From: Candidatus Micrarchaeota archaeon | GTDB taxonomy: Archaea; Micrarchaeota; Micrarchaeia; Micrarchaeales; CABMGC01 | Direction: 5' to 3' | Length of the DNA: 64,000 bases | Assembly (NCBI GenBank): GCA_021791245.1 | Contig: JAJYWY010000007.1 | Span: 16,340 to 80,339, forward strand | In this document: positions 10,112 to 20,642 of the stretch, piece by piece | How the letters are laid out: every line of letters starts with the position of its first letter | How positions within the stretch are numbered: the stretch's first letter is position 1 | The notes under the pieces: generated by a model | What the model saw: only the letters and a program-made list of their open reading frames with translations | What the model was told of the DNA's origin: nothing | Databases searched by the model: none | Translations under genes and position numbers: made by a program

Positions 10112-10846
10112 ATGATTTCCATGAAAGCGCTAGTACTATGCGGCGGATTCGCAACAAGGCTTGAACCGCTTACGTATTTTGTACCTAAACCTCTTCTCCC
10201 ACTTGGAGGGAAGCCCATACTCGACTATATAATAGAGCGCATAGATATTACGAAGAGTGTAGACACCATATATATATCCACTAACAGGAAATTCTTCGAC
10301 CAGTTTTTATATTGGCACAAGAGGCATAGGAAGAAGAACATGAAGCTCATAGAAGAGCCTGCACTGCACGAAGGCGAAAAGTTCGGAGCAATAAAAGGCA
10401 TAATGTATGCGATTAAAAAAGCGCGGATAAAAGACGACCTGCTTGTGATAGCCGGAGATAATGTATTCGATTTTGATGTAAGAAAGCTAATAAATGATTT
10501 CAGAAAGAGGAATGATCCAATTATAGCGCTATATAATATAAAATCGAAGGAGGAAGCTAGGAGGTTTGGAGTTGTGAGGATGTATAATGGAAAAGTAGTA
10601 AAATTTTCCGAGAAACCGAGCAAGCCCGATTCCACTCTTGTCAGCACTGGTATATACATAATACCAAAAGAGGCGCTACACTATTTTGACGAGTATCTTA
10701 GGATGAACAACCATCCCGACTCCCCAGGATACTTCATACAATGGCTTTCAAAGAGGCATGATGTTGCCGGAAGAGTATATCGCGGGAAGTGGTTTGATAT
10801 AGGCACAATAGATACTTATCAGGAAGTCTTCGACACTTATGAGTAG
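10112..10846 (+). CDS. Sugar-phosphate nucleotidyltransferase (glucose-1-P thymidylyl / mannose-1-P guanylyl-transferase-like)
   Basis: N-terminal MKALVLCGGFATRLEPLTYFVPKPLLPLGGKPIL signature of the NTP-transferase fold. Confidence 0.75.
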   Translation: MISMKALVLCGGFATRLEPLTYFVPKPLLPLGGKPILDYIIERIDITKSVDTIYISTNRKFFDQFLYWHKRHRKKNMKLIEEPALHEGEKFGAIKGIMYAIKKARIKDDLLVIAGDNVFDFDVRKLINDFRKRNDPIIALYNIKSKEEARRFGVVRMYNGKVVKFSEKPSKPDSTLVSTGIYIIPKEALHYFDEYLRMNNHPDSPGYFIQWLSKRHDVAGRVYRGKWFDIGTIDTYQEVFDTYE

Positions 10847-11124
10847 GTTATTTTGCGATTGCATGCATTACTGCTTTATCAGCGCAATTGGAGTTTCTGT
10901 CACCGTATTTTAGCGGAAAATCATCTAGACTGCCACAACAGGAGGTGGAATTATTTATGGCCTTTTTTGGCGCATATTGCGGATAAATCGCAGTAAGTGC
11001 CAAATTTCCAAGGTGTTTTTTGGGTAACTTGAAATTCTTGACGTCGTGGTCATTGCACGAATTCGTACCAAATTTATCGCAGCCAAATCAAATGCCTATT
11101 TTATCCGTATCTGCACCTGAAAAG

Positions 11125-11556
11125 TCATCCTAATATTACCATGGTGTTTGTCTTCTTTATCCCTTTTACATTTCCTATATAATCCAATAGGATTTCACGC
11201 AAATGCAAGGTATCTTTAGCTGCCACTTTTATGATAAGGTCGTGTTCGCCGGTTATTATGCTGCCTTCCTTCACATACATTATGCCCAAAAGCTCCTTGA
11301 GCATCTTGTCCTGCGTCTTCCCAAGCCTTTTAAGCTCGTCAACATCGATGTCTATTAGTATATATGCTGATACGTTAAGCCCTGCTTTTCTCCAGTCTAT
11401 ATCTGCAGTGTATTTCCTTATTACCTTCTCCCTTTCGAGCCTCTTCACCCTTGAATGTACAGTAGATACAGGCACCCCAACACTCTTTGATATGCCCATA
11501 TATCTAATCTTTCCATCTTCTAATTGATGTAGTATTCTCTCGTCAAGTTCATCCAT
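11125..11556 (-). CDS. Lrp/AsnC-family transcriptional regulator
   Basis: 143 aa with HTH (LDERILHQLEDGKIRYMGISKSVGVPVSTVHSRVKRLEREKVI) followed by a RAM domain. It is divergent from asnB. Confidence 0.85.
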   Translation of the reverse strand: MDELDERILHQLEDGKIRYMGISKSVGVPVSTVHSRVKRLEREKVIRKYTADIDWRKAGLNVSAYILIDIDVDELKRLGKTQDKMLKELLGIMYVKEGSIITGEHDLIIKVAAKDTLHLREILLDYIGNVKGIKKTNTMVILG

Positions 11557-11687
11557 AATTGTAATTATTCCAATAGTATATATAAATATGTGGTAAAATA
11601 TTGAAAATTATACTCTTTTATTGTATTAAAATTTATATACCATGAATAATACAGTGCCATACACCAAGTAGGCAATGTGGGAGTTTT

Positions 11688-13355
11688 ATGTGTGGAATAG
11701 CTTGTATGTTCGATTTTAGGATCAATAAGGAAAAAGCAAGGGAGAAAGCGATAAGCATGGCTTCACGCATACGATACAGAGGACCAGACTGGAGCGGAGT
11801 ATATTCTGATGCACACGCGGCTATAGCGCATGAAAGGCTTTCGATAGTAGATATAGAAAATGGGGCCCAGCCGCTGGTGGATGATAAAGATAGGATGGTT
11901 TTGGCCGTGAATGGGGAGATATACAACCACATGGCTCTCAGGAAGCTTCTAAAAAGGAAGCATGAATGGAAGACAAAATCCGATTGCGAAATAATACTAT
12001 ACCTTTACGAGGAGTATGGAAGCAAGTGCATCGAAATGCTAAATGGGATCTTTGCGTTTGTTATATACAACCAGAAGTCAGGAAGCTATTTCATAGCTAG
12101 GGACCACCTAGGGATAATTCCGCTCTATATAGGGTGGGATGTTGACGGTGCTACATATGTCGCAAGCGAGATGAAGGCGCTTGAGCCATACTGCAAGAAA
12201 ATGATGGAATTTCCGCCAGGATGTTATTATGACAGCATGCAGAAAGATTTTGTTACCTGGTACATAAGAGATTGGATGGTAAATATTCCGCATAGGAAGG
12301 TTTCACTTCCAAAGTTAAAGCAGGAGCTCGAGAAAGCAGTCATGAGGCAACTTATGTCCGACGTTCCGTATGGGGTTCTTATATCTGGGGGCCTTGACTC
12401 GTCCATAATTGCCGCAATAGCTATGAAGTACAGCAAAAAGAGGATAGAATCGAAAGGCAGAGAAGATGCATGGTGGCCCAGGTTACATTCATTTTCCGTA
12501 GGGCTTCAAAATTCTCCCGATATGAAGTATGCAAGGAAAGTTGCAAGATATATTAACACGGTGCATCATGAAATCGTGTTCAGCATCGAGGAAGGCTTTG
12601 ATGCTATACGCAATGTAATATACCACCTAGAAACATTTGATACAACTACAATAAGGGCAGCTACCCCAATGTATCTCATGGCAAGGAAGATTAAGTCTAT
12701 GGGAATAAAGATGGTCCTCTCAGGTGAAGGATCCGATGAGGTATTCGGAGGGTATTTATATTTTCATAAAGCCCCAAATGCAAAGGAGTTCCATGAGGAA
12801 CTCGTAAGGAAGCTATCACTGCTGAGTAAATATGACTGCCTAAGAGCCAATAAGTCCACTGCGGCATGGGGGCTTGAAACGCGCGTACCTTTCCTCGACA
12901 AGGAATTTCTAGATTATGCGATGTCTATTGATCCGGAGCAAAAGATGTGCAGGGGAGCTAATATTGAAAAAGGCATACTCCGTGAAGCATTCAAGGGCAT
13001 GCTTCCTGAAGAGATATTGTGGAGGCAGAAAGAGCAGTTTTCAGATGGGGTTGGATATGGATGGATAGACTATCTGAAGAAATTCGCCGAGGAGCACATA
13101 ACGGATAAGATGATGGAAAATGCGGGTAAGAGGTTCAAGGTGCAGACCCCTAATTCTAAAGAACAATATTATTATAGGAGTATCTTCAGCGAATACTTCA
13201 AAAGCAACGCTGCGGCAATGACTGTTCCTGTAGGTCCTTCTATAGCGTGCTCTACACCTGCTGCAATAAAATGGAGCAAGGAATTCAAAGGGATGGATGA
13301 TCCGTCAGGAAGAGCCATATCCAGCATTCACAAAAACGGATTTGCGCACTTATAG
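11688..13355 (+). CDS. asnB: Asparagine synthase (glutamine-hydrolysing)
   Basis: MCGI N-terminal nucleophile, SGGLDSS PP-loop, 555 aa. Confidence 0.9.
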   Translation: MCGIACMFDFRINKEKAREKAISMASRIRYRGPDWSGVYSDAHAAIAHERLSIVDIENGAQPLVDDKDRMVLAVNGEIYNHMALRKLLKRKHEWKTKSDCEIILYLYEEYGSKCIEMLNGIFAFVIYNQKSGSYFIARDHLGIIPLYIGWDVDGATYVASEMKALEPYCKKMMEFPPGCYYDSMQKDFVTWYIRDWMVNIPHRKVSLPKLKQELEKAVMRQLMSDVPYGVLISGGLDSSIIAAIAMKYSKKRIESKGREDAWWPRLHSFSVGLQNSPDMKYARKVARYINTVHHEIVFSIEEGFDAIRNVIYHLETFDTTTIRAATPMYLMARKIKSMGIKMVLSGEGSDEVFGGYLYFHKAPNAKEFHEELVRKLSLLSKYDCLRANKSTAAWGLETRVPFLDKEFLDYAMSIDPEQKMCRGANIEKGILREAFKGMLPEEILWRQKEQFSDGVGYGWIDYLKKFAEEHITDKMMENAGKRFKVQTPNSKEQYYYRSIFSEYFKSNAAAMTVPVGPSIACSTPAAIKWSKEFKGMDDPSGRAISSIHKNGFAHL

Positions 13356-13567
13356 CTTTTTTGCTCCAACTTAACTATTTCAGATATCCTTTAGAGGTGC
13401 AGCTATCGCTTTAATCTCTTTCAGGTGCAGCAGAACAATTTTTTTTCGGATGTATTGCCTGCAGATTTTCCTATTTCCGCCTTAATCGGTTTTATCACAA
13501 ATTTACCGGCAAGCCCTCTTAACATTCATTAATATATAAATTTTTCCGGACATTTATTTAATGGAGA

Positions 13568-14458
13568 ATGATGGACTATCTCGTTACTGGTGGGGCTGGA
13601 TACATAGGTGGACATTTCGTAGACACTGTAGCAAAAAAAAGCGATGTTGCAGTAATTGACGATTTCTCTACTGGCCATTATGTATGCAAATATGCAAGAA
13701 TTATAAAGGCAGACCTTAGGAATATGGTGCCAAAGATTGGCAACGTCAGGGTATTGATGCACTTTGCCGCAAACCCGGATGTAAAAGGGTCCATGCACGA
13801 TATAAAAAGCCATTACGAGAGAGACGTTACCGCAACGCTGAATGCTCTTGAGCTTGCAAGGAAGAGCGATGCGGAAACCATTGTATTTGCGTCATCTTCC
13901 ACAGTTTACGGATATGCGAAAAAAGTTCCGACGCCTGAAGAATCACCGTTTGCACCCGTCTCAGGATATGGCCTGTTTAAAGCAATGGGAGAAAACTTAG
14001 TAAGCTATTACTCTATGAGTTATGGGATACGTTCTATATCGTTAAGGTTCGCAAACATAATAGGTGGAAGGACAGGGCATGGAATAATATATAATTATGC
14101 AAAATGGATTAAGGAGGGGAAGCCTCTTGAGGTATGGGGGGATGGCAACCAGAAAAAGAGCTATGTATATGTACATGATCTTATTGATGCAATTCATATT
14201 TCGATAAAGGAAGCAGGGAAAGGATACAGCGTTTTCAATGTGGGCAACAAAGACCAGACGAGAGTAAATGAGATAATAGAAATATTTGAGGATGTTGCAG
14301 GGAAACGATTCAGGATAAAGCGCAAAGATAGCCAGGAGGGAGATGTAAGAAACTTCCTGCTTGATTCCACAAAGCTCAGAAAACTGGGATGGAAGCCTAA
14401 ATACAATTCCAGCGAAGCGGTAAGGCAGGCCGTAATAGAGATATTAAAAGATGCATGA
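13568..14458 (+). CDS. NAD-dependent sugar epimerase/dehydratase (UDP-glucose 4-epimerase-like)
   Basis: Rossmann VTGGAGYIGGH, SSSTVYG, YGLFK (Y-x-x-x-K). Confidence 0.8.
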   Translation: MMDYLVTGGAGYIGGHFVDTVAKKSDVAVIDDFSTGHYVCKYARIIKADLRNMVPKIGNVRVLMHFAANPDVKGSMHDIKSHYERDVTATLNALELARKSDAETIVFASSSTVYGYAKKVPTPEESPFAPVSGYGLFKAMGENLVSYYSMSYGIRSISLRFANIIGGRTGHGIIYNYAKWIKEGKPLEVWGDGNQKKSYVYVHDLIDAIHISIKEAGKGYSVFNVGNKDQTRVNEIIEIFEDVAGKRFRIKRKDSQEGDVRNFLLDSTKLRKLGWKPKYNSSEAVRQAVIEILKDA

Positions 14459-15231
14459 CCATGAATATAAGGAAAGCCTTGATAACATCTGCAGGATTAG
14501 GCACGAGGATGCGGCCCGTAACTTCAAAAGTTCCAAAGGCAATGCTCCCTATATTCGATAAAGGGGATGGGAAGATAAGGGTCATACCGGTTGTAGACAA
14601 GATAATGGATAATTTAAGGGAGACGGGTGTGAGAAAATTCTGCTTTGTTGTAGATTCAAAGAAGAAACTGCTTCGCGAATACCTGCTGGAGAGCGGGAAG
14701 GATGCAGTTTTCGTTTACCAAAGGAAGGCCAAGGGTTTCGGAGATGCAGTTATGAGGGGAGCCTCCTTTGTTGGTAACGAACCTTTCTTTCTTTGCACTG
14801 ACGATAATTTAATGACAGGGGGATACAGGGAGGGAGCAAGGGCCTTCAGAAAGCTTAAAATGGACTGCCTGCTCTTCCTGAAGAAGACGGATTCACCTGA
14901 AAGATACGGAATAGCATCAGGAAAAGAAACACTGGCATTTGAGGGGCATATGCTCATGAAGATAACAGACGTTGAGGAAAAACCGTTATCTCCAAAAAGC
15001 GATCTAGCAATAATAGGAGTGTACATATTCTCACCAAAAATATTCGCAGAATTGAGGAAGATTGGGGATGAAATGAAAGATGGAAAGGAAAAGCAGCTGA
15101 CTCCGGGAATACAGAATCTTGTTAAAGGAAATAATGTGTATGGTATGATACTTGAGGAGGAAGAATGGCTCGATGTAGGTAATCCTGAGAATTATTTCCA
15201 GAGCTTGAACTATTCGTATAACTCAATATAA
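14455..15231 (+). CDS. UTP-glucose-1-phosphate uridylyltransferase-like nucleotidyltransferase
   Basis: ALITSAGLGTRMRPVTSKVPKAMLPI motif. It overlaps the epimerase stop by 4 nt, suggesting an operon. Confidence 0.7.
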   Translation: MTMNIRKALITSAGLGTRMRPVTSKVPKAMLPIFDKGDGKIRVIPVVDKIMDNLRETGVRKFCFVVDSKKKLLREYLLESGKDAVFVYQRKAKGFGDAVMRGASFVGNEPFFLCTDDNLMTGGYREGARAFRKLKMDCLLFLKKTDSPERYGIASGKETLAFEGHMLMKITDVEEKPLSPKSDLAIIGVYIFSPKIFAELRKIGDEMKDGKEKQLTPGIQNLVKGNNVYGMILEEEEWLDVGNPENYFQSLNYSYNSI

Positions 15232-15234
15232 CGT

Positions 15235-15984
15235 TTACATATGTATTAAGAGATTGTTTATGCTGTTGGCAGTTGCTATCGCCGGATTTATTATCCTTTT
15301 ATCCGAAATCAGCTTAAGATTCTTAAGATGTTTTTCCACATCGGTTTTATCCGCAACTACGAATATCTCAGATGTTTTTGCAAGGCTTTTAACAACTATC
15401 AAAGCGTAAACTGTTCTGGAATCATCCTGCAAATCAATGATTATCGCCTTGCACTTGTCCAGCTTGAACTGCGCCATATCCTCTTCTGAAGTGGCGTCTG
15501 CTACGAACGCCTTGTATCCATTTGTATGGAGCCTGTCTGCAATTACCTTATCTGCGGTTATTATTATGAAGTTCCTGCCCTGCCTCTTCATTATCTGCGC
15601 CATACTGATGTTAACCGAATCAGCGCCTACCAAAACTACATGGTTATTCAAGCCAATCTTGTCAAAATATGATATCTTTCCAGCCATAGAATTCACTTTA
15701 GTATTAATAAATTCATTAAAAATCAATGTTATAGCACTAAGAAACACACCAAGGCCATAGAGTATGAATAGGGATACGAATATTTTTGCAGTATCTGTGA
15801 CTGGCACTATATCTCCATAGCCTACAGTAGATATGGTAGCTACAGTAAAATAGAATGCATTTACTGGGGTTATTTTTACGTTGAACTGTCCGCTTTGGCC
15901 AAAATAATAAGTTCCTAGGGTGCCAATAATTATTACTGATAAAATAAGGGCAGCATAAATAAAAACTACTCTTGGAACTCTCAT
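15235..15984 (-). CDS. Two-TM potassium channel with a C-terminal RCK/TrkA-N domain
   Basis: Selectivity filter TISTVGYGD and the Rossmann-like HVVLVGAD. The ORF extends to TTG 16041, but ATG 15984 (MRVPRVV) is the likelier start. Confidence 0.8.
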   Translation of the reverse strand: MRVPRVVFIYAALILSVIIIGTLGTYYFGQSGQFNVKITPVNAFYFTVATISTVGYGDIVPVTDTAKIFVSLFILYGLGVFLSAITLIFNEFINTKVNSMAGKISYFDKIGLNNHVVLVGADSVNISMAQIMKRQGRNFIIITADKVIADRLHTNGYKAFVADATSEEDMAQFKLDKCKAIIIDLQDDSRTVYALIVVKSLAKTSEIFVVADKTDVEKHLKNLKLISDKRIINPAIATANSINNLLIHM

Positions 15985-16120
15985 CAGTAGTTTGATGCTG
16001 CATAGAATATTAAAATGTGCTGTAAGGAGATGCGCAATCAAGGATTCGGCAAGTAATTAGGATATGTTTATTAATATTGTGCAGACTTAATTTTTATTAT
16101 ATATTCTGTTTGGTTATATA

Positions 16121-17746
16121 ATGAACACAAAAGTTTTGATAGGGGTTATAGCAGTAATTGTAATTCTCGCAGGATTGTATGTGCTGTTTTCAAATGCATT
16201 ATATGTTCCTCCAGCTTCTTATACCACAAATTATACCACTAATACATCTTATACTTCAGGCTCTTCCAATTTGTTTGTAGCGCTTACAGACCCTCCAAGT
16301 GTGCCTGCAAATACTACTGCGCTAACTATGGAATATTCCGACGTGCAGGTACATGAGATTGGCAGCGGCAATTCAGGATTCGTAAACACAGGCGCAAGCG
16401 GAAGCATAAACCTGCTTTCTGTGGTAAATCTCACTAAAACTATTGCTGCGGCAAACGTAAGCGCCAACTCTTCGATAAATCTTGTGCGATTCACAATAGC
16501 GTCTGTTATGATAACTGTTGACGGCAAACAATACAACGTCACTGTTCCTAACAATGTGCTAACTGTTAATGTGAGGAATAATGCCACAATAAGCGCGAAT
16601 AGCACAAGGGCAGTGCTTGTAGACATGAATCCGTCAGTGCTTGAGATATATTCAGGAAACCAAACGATATTCCTTATGGTGCCTTCCGCTAAGGCAGTAT
16701 TAATTTCCAATGCATCGGGCAATGGAATAGCCCTCAGGGTTGGAGGAAATGAAAGCCTAAAGCGCAATGTTAGGAACGAACTCAACTTAGAAAGGGGCAA
16801 CATAAGCATATCAAGCGCATCGCTGTCCAATGGCAACAATGAAACCAGCTTTTCTGTAACTGTTAAGGACAATGGAAATTCGTCTGTTGTGATAAAAAAT
16901 ATACTTTTATATGGATATATGAAAGCAGACTTCAATGCTACAATTGTCAACAGGATCATAAAAGTGGAGAATGAAAGCGAACGTGTGAATATATCCTCAG
17001 AGATAGGCGCAGGCAGGGGAGAGCCTACAGGCTCTGGCCAAATAGGAATAAATGGGTTCTCTTCGGAAAGTTCCAACGCCGGAAGCTCCGCAAGGGAGAA
17101 TGAAACTCATAAAAACAATAGCTCATCTGTTAGCATCACTGCTAATGCAACGATAAATTCCAGCATTATCAAACAGATAAGGCCAGTGGGGTTCCAGGGA
17201 TACGGGGGATATGGGTATGGATCTAGCACAGCATCTACAACGGTGGAAGCAAATTCTAATGAACATGTGAATGCTTCTGAGCCTAATTCTCACGCGAATG
17301 CATATGTCGGAGGGGATATAGAAGTAGAAGTTGGCAACGTGCTTAGAAGCAATGCCACTTACGGAGACAAGCTAAGCAAACTCGACGGATTGCTTGGAAA
17401 CAGAATAAACGCAAGCCTTGCAATAGCATCGCACCTGAACGTTTCAGGAATGGAATTCAAGGACAATATAAGGAAGGCATTAAACTTTGAGGATCACTTC
17501 CACAATACGCTTAATTTCCTTGTGTCCACGAATGGCACGCTAATATTGCCTTTCACAGAGAGCGAGGCTGAAGGGCCGAATGGCTACACCATAAATGCGG
17601 GGCAGTCCGTGACTTTCGCATTTAATGGGATAATAGCCAGAGGGGAAAGCCCTATGGCAATAATGCCGATAGACAACGAAACATATGGCATAAGGGTAAC
17701 AGGCAAGGAGGGAGTTTCCGCGCAGGCAAACGTTACGGCAAGTTGA
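16121..17746 (+). CDS. Secreted/anchored sequon-rich protein (DUF4382-like N-domain?)
   Basis: N-terminal anchor MNTKVLIGVIAVIVILAGLYVLF. At least 15 N-x-S/T sequons are visible by eye. The LFVALTDPP...INLLSV pattern resembles DUF4382. Confidence 0.5.
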   Translation: MNTKVLIGVIAVIVILAGLYVLFSNALYVPPASYTTNYTTNTSYTSGSSNLFVALTDPPSVPANTTALTMEYSDVQVHEIGSGNSGFVNTGASGSINLLSVVNLTKTIAAANVSANSSINLVRFTIASVMITVDGKQYNVTVPNNVLTVNVRNNATISANSTRAVLVDMNPSVLEIYSGNQTIFLMVPSAKAVLISNASGNGIALRVGGNESLKRNVRNELNLERGNISISSASLSNGNNETSFSVTVKDNGNSSVVIKNILLYGYMKADFNATIVNRIIKVENESERVNISSEIGAGRGEPTGSGQIGINGFSSESSNAGSSARENETHKNNSSSVSITANATINSSIIKQIRPVGFQGYGGYGYGSSTASTTVEANSNEHVNASEPNSHANAYVGGDIEVEVGNVLRSNATYGDKLSKLDGLLGNRINASLAIASHLNVSGMEFKDNIRKALNFEDHFHNTLNFLVSTNGTLILPFTESEAEGPNGYTINAGQSVTFAFNGIIARGESPMAIMPIDNETYGIRVTGKEGVSAQANVTAS

Positions 17747-17841
17747 TTGTTGTTTTTTTATTCCTATTCCTTAACATTTTCGCCTCTTTTTCGTTTTCTA
17801 TTTCATAAACTTATTATAGCTTAGCGGAGAATACTACACAT

Positions 17842-17970
17842 GCCAGGGTGGCAGAATCCGGTTAATGCGCCGGTCTTGAGTTATAAAATATCAAGAGCTG
17901 ATTTGATGATGCGACACACAGGCAAACCGGTTTCCTCACGGAATTCAGGGTTCAAATCCCTGCCCTGGCG
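17842..17970 (+). tRNA. tRNA-Ser (anticodon UGA) with a ~45-nt intron in or next to the anticodon loop
   Basis: Acceptor GCCAGGG/CCCTGGC, discriminator G, anticodon stem CCGGT/ACCGG, loop CTTGA.., long variable arm TTCC-TCAC-GGAA, T-arm CAGGG-TTCAAAT-CCCTG. Confidence 0.7.
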
Positions 17971-18128
17971 AATTTTTGATGCTGATTGAATGCAGGTAAA
18001 ACAGTTTTTGCTTGGATAAGTGCTATGCATATGAAATATTGCACTTATAGGTATGCACCAATAAATTCCAAAATTATGGATGGATAGCTATGCTTTAAAA
18101 GCTTTCATTTCGCTTTTATATTGATTAC

Positions 18129-18821
18129 ATGACAGTAAAATATTTTAGGGATGGGTTAGATGCAATACTGCACCCTTGGGAAACGACCAAGAAGAGTATG
18201 GATGTAGGGGAAGCCTACATGTTTTATTACAAGGCAACTGTTGTTCCTCTTGTAGTCTACATTCTTCTATCGCTTCTATTGTTCGGAGTTGCAGCGCCTG
18301 CACTCAGTGCATATCCTTTCCTTTCCAATTTTGTTGGATTTGGATGGGCAGGAGCTATAATAATACCAATAGTAGTGCTTTGGATATTGGTGCCTATATT
18401 GATATTCATACAGGCTGCAGTGCTGCATATAGTTGGTGCTTTCATAACAAAGCAGTTCAAGCAGGGCTTTGATAAGACGCTGAACGCTTCGATGTATTCG
18501 AAGCTTCCTTCGGCCTTGTTCGGATACCTTTGGGCAGTACCTCTGGCAGTTCCGCTTCTACTGATTTTTGGCATATGGGACTTCATAGTTAGCCTTATAG
18601 CGCTTGCAAACCAGCAGAAGATGAGGTGGACTACTTCATTAGGTATAGTAATAATTTCCGCAGTTCTGCTTATACTCCTTGTTGACATATTTGTCAACAT
18701 ATTCGTATATGCAAGCGGGATATCCATGCTGACGCTGATTGAGAGGTCTTTGTGGTTCGGTCCGCAAGCAGGAGTAATTAATGCCACCCCTTGGGGTATG
18801 GCGTGGGGCATGTTCCGCTAA
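18129..18821 (+). CDS. Multi-pass membrane protein (Yip1-like?)
   Basis: 230 aa with about five hydrophobic segments after a short soluble N-terminus. The family guess is weak. Confidence 0.45.
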   Translation: MTVKYFRDGLDAILHPWETTKKSMDVGEAYMFYYKATVVPLVVYILLSLLLFGVAAPALSAYPFLSNFVGFGWAGAIIIPIVVLWILVPILIFIQAAVLHIVGAFITKQFKQGFDKTLNASMYSKLPSALFGYLWAVPLAVPLLLIFGIWDFIVSLIALANQQKMRWTTSLGIVIISAVLLILLVDIFVNIFVYASGISMLTLIERSLWFGPQAGVINATPWGMAWGMFR

Positions 18822-19024
18822 ATCTTAGCTTATTGCCAAATTATGGGAGTTTGCCCACTGCTTTCTTTTTTTATATTCTTTTATTAATATAGGATGTATG
18901 CTGAAGCATCCCCTTTTAATATTCTGCGCGTAGTTGCAGCGGCATGGCAGTAGATGATATGCAGCATAATTTGCCTTAGCAGCGTACGTTATATAAATGT
19001 AAACGTAATAATCCATTTGTTGAA

Positions 19025-19699
19025 ATGAAGCATGTTACAGCACTTATGGCCTTTTCCGTTATGCTATTCGTAGTTGCGGCAAATCCTGGAATATCAAGCA
19101 TAACAATTACGCCAAATTCTATAGTTATGTATCCAGGGTCATTTGTATCTGTGCCTTATTCTGTATCAGTTGTAGCGCAAACCAGTGGGAATACGCTTCC
19201 AACCGCACTGCTAATTGTAAATAATGCATATAATTTGAGCAATTATGGCATAGCTACATCTACTACTGATTCTTTTGACCAGCCCGCATTCAACGGCTCC
19301 ATCAATGTGAGCGTATCGCAGTTTACTCCTTTGGGAAATTACACGGTTATACTGCAGGCATATGGAGGCATGCCTTCAGGACCAGCCAACCTTGGCATAG
19401 ACATTATAAATGAAACCATATTCAACGAAACGTATCTAAAAATTACTCCCCCTACAACGACCATAAACGCATCTATAAATCAGACAGCGTTTACAACGGT
19501 GCCTGTCAACGCATCGCAAAACCAGAGCAGCAGCATACCGTATGGGGTAGTGGGAAACAGCACCAATTTGGGCATAAACAGCACCAACTCTACAATAATA
19601 GAAGGAAACCCAACAAACACGCTTCTAGGTTATGTCATAGTAATAGTAGTTGTTATTGCGGTTATAGCAGTACTTTATGTAATAAGGAAAAGCAAATAG
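19025..19699 (+). CDS. Secreted sequon-rich protein with a C-terminal TM anchor
   Basis: Signal peptide MKHVTALMAFSVMLFVVAANPG, many N-x-S/T sites, C-terminal LLGYVIVIVVVIAVIAVLYVIRK. Confidence 0.55.
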   Translation: MKHVTALMAFSVMLFVVAANPGISSITITPNSIVMYPGSFVSVPYSVSVVAQTSGNTLPTALLIVNNAYNLSNYGIATSTTDSFDQPAFNGSINVSVSQFTPLGNYTVILQAYGGMPSGPANLGIDIINETIFNETYLKITPPTTTINASINQTAFTTVPVNASQNQSSSIPYGVVGNSTNLGINSTNSTIIEGNPTNTLLGYVIVIVVVIAVIAVLYVIRKSK

Positions 19700-19707
19700 G
19701 CAATAGA

Positions 19708-20634
19708 ATGAAGTTTCTTGAAGAGCTGCAATCTCTCAAAGAACAGATAAAGAGACGTGTGCAATTTGATGTGCCGGAAGGCACAAAGAATATTGTAATA
19801 GGGGGGATGGGGGGATCAGGGATAGTAGGCAAGATATTTCAGGAGATGTACACAAAAATGCCTGTATACACGTCCGACTCATACGATATACCTGATTTTG
19901 TAGGAGATGGCACTCTTTTCATAGCTATAAGCTATTCTGGAAATACTGAAGAGACTATTTCCTCTTTAAGTTATGCTAAGAAAAAAGGGGCAAAAACAAT
20001 AGGAATCTCGTCTGGAGGCATTATTGAAAAAGAAGCCGATGTTTTTGTAAATGTTCCTGGAGGGCTACAGCCCAGGTCTGCCATTGGATACATGCTAATG
20101 CCCCTTCTTCTTTCATTCAATGTTGTTTCAGAAAAGGATGTGGATTATGCATATTCATTGTTAAAAAGGATAGACGAGAACAACATAAAGGATGAGGATA
20201 TTGCTAAGAAAATATGGGAGACCAGGCGCATACCGGTGATATATGGAATACCAGGATACAGGTCTGTGGCATACAGATGGAAGACGCAGTTCAATGAGAA
20301 TGCGAAAGTGATTGCATACTCTAACTTCTTCCCTGAACTGAATCATAACGACACAATGGCACTCAGGGACACTTACAGAAAAAACGAGTTCTTCTTCATA
20401 TCTATATCCGGGGGCAAAGACAGCAGGTCTGAAAAAAGGATAGATATTACAAAAGAGATAACAAAGACAGAGATGGAGGAAGTAGTAGCTGAGGGCTCCT
20501 CGCAGTTCGAGAAAATGATAGGGCTTGTGCACAGGGGTGATTATGTTACTTACCATCTGGCGAAGCTTAGGGGGGTAGATCCTACAGACATTTCTTCAAT
20601 AGAAGAGCTTAAGAGGCGCTTAAGCAAAGAATAA
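19708..20634 (+). CDS. Bifunctional phosphoglucose/phosphomannose isomerase (SIS domain)
   Basis: GMGGSGIVG and SYSGNTEET motifs, ~308 aa, typical of archaeal PGI/PMI. Confidence 0.8.
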   Translation: MKFLEELQSLKEQIKRRVQFDVPEGTKNIVIGGMGGSGIVGKIFQEMYTKMPVYTSDSYDIPDFVGDGTLFIAISYSGNTEETISSLSYAKKKGAKTIGISSGGIIEKEADVFVNVPGGLQPRSAIGYMLMPLLLSFNVVSEKDVDYAYSLLKRIDENNIKDEDIAKKIWETRRIPVIYGIPGYRSVAYRWKTQFNENAKVIAYSNFFPELNHNDTMALRDTYRKNEFFFISISGGKDSRSEKRIDITKEITKTEMEEVVAEGSSQFEKMIGLVHRGDYVTYHLAKLRGVDPTDISSIEELKRRLSKE

Positions 20635-20642
20635 AAGAATCT

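Noticed and set aside
10847-11124. The 278-nt gap between the convergent genes at 10846 and 11125 as an ncRNA locus
   Set aside because: Only weak, short complementarities were seen (ATCGCAG repeats). There are no tRNA-like, C/D or H/ACA signatures and no convincing small ORF. I could not support a feature here.
17881-17925. A C/D-box sRNA embedded in the tRNA-Ser intron (CTGA ... TGATGA strings)
   Set aside because: The order and spacing are wrong for a C...D arrangement. The intron is too short for a full C/D/C'/D' unit, and no guide-like complementarity could be assessed.
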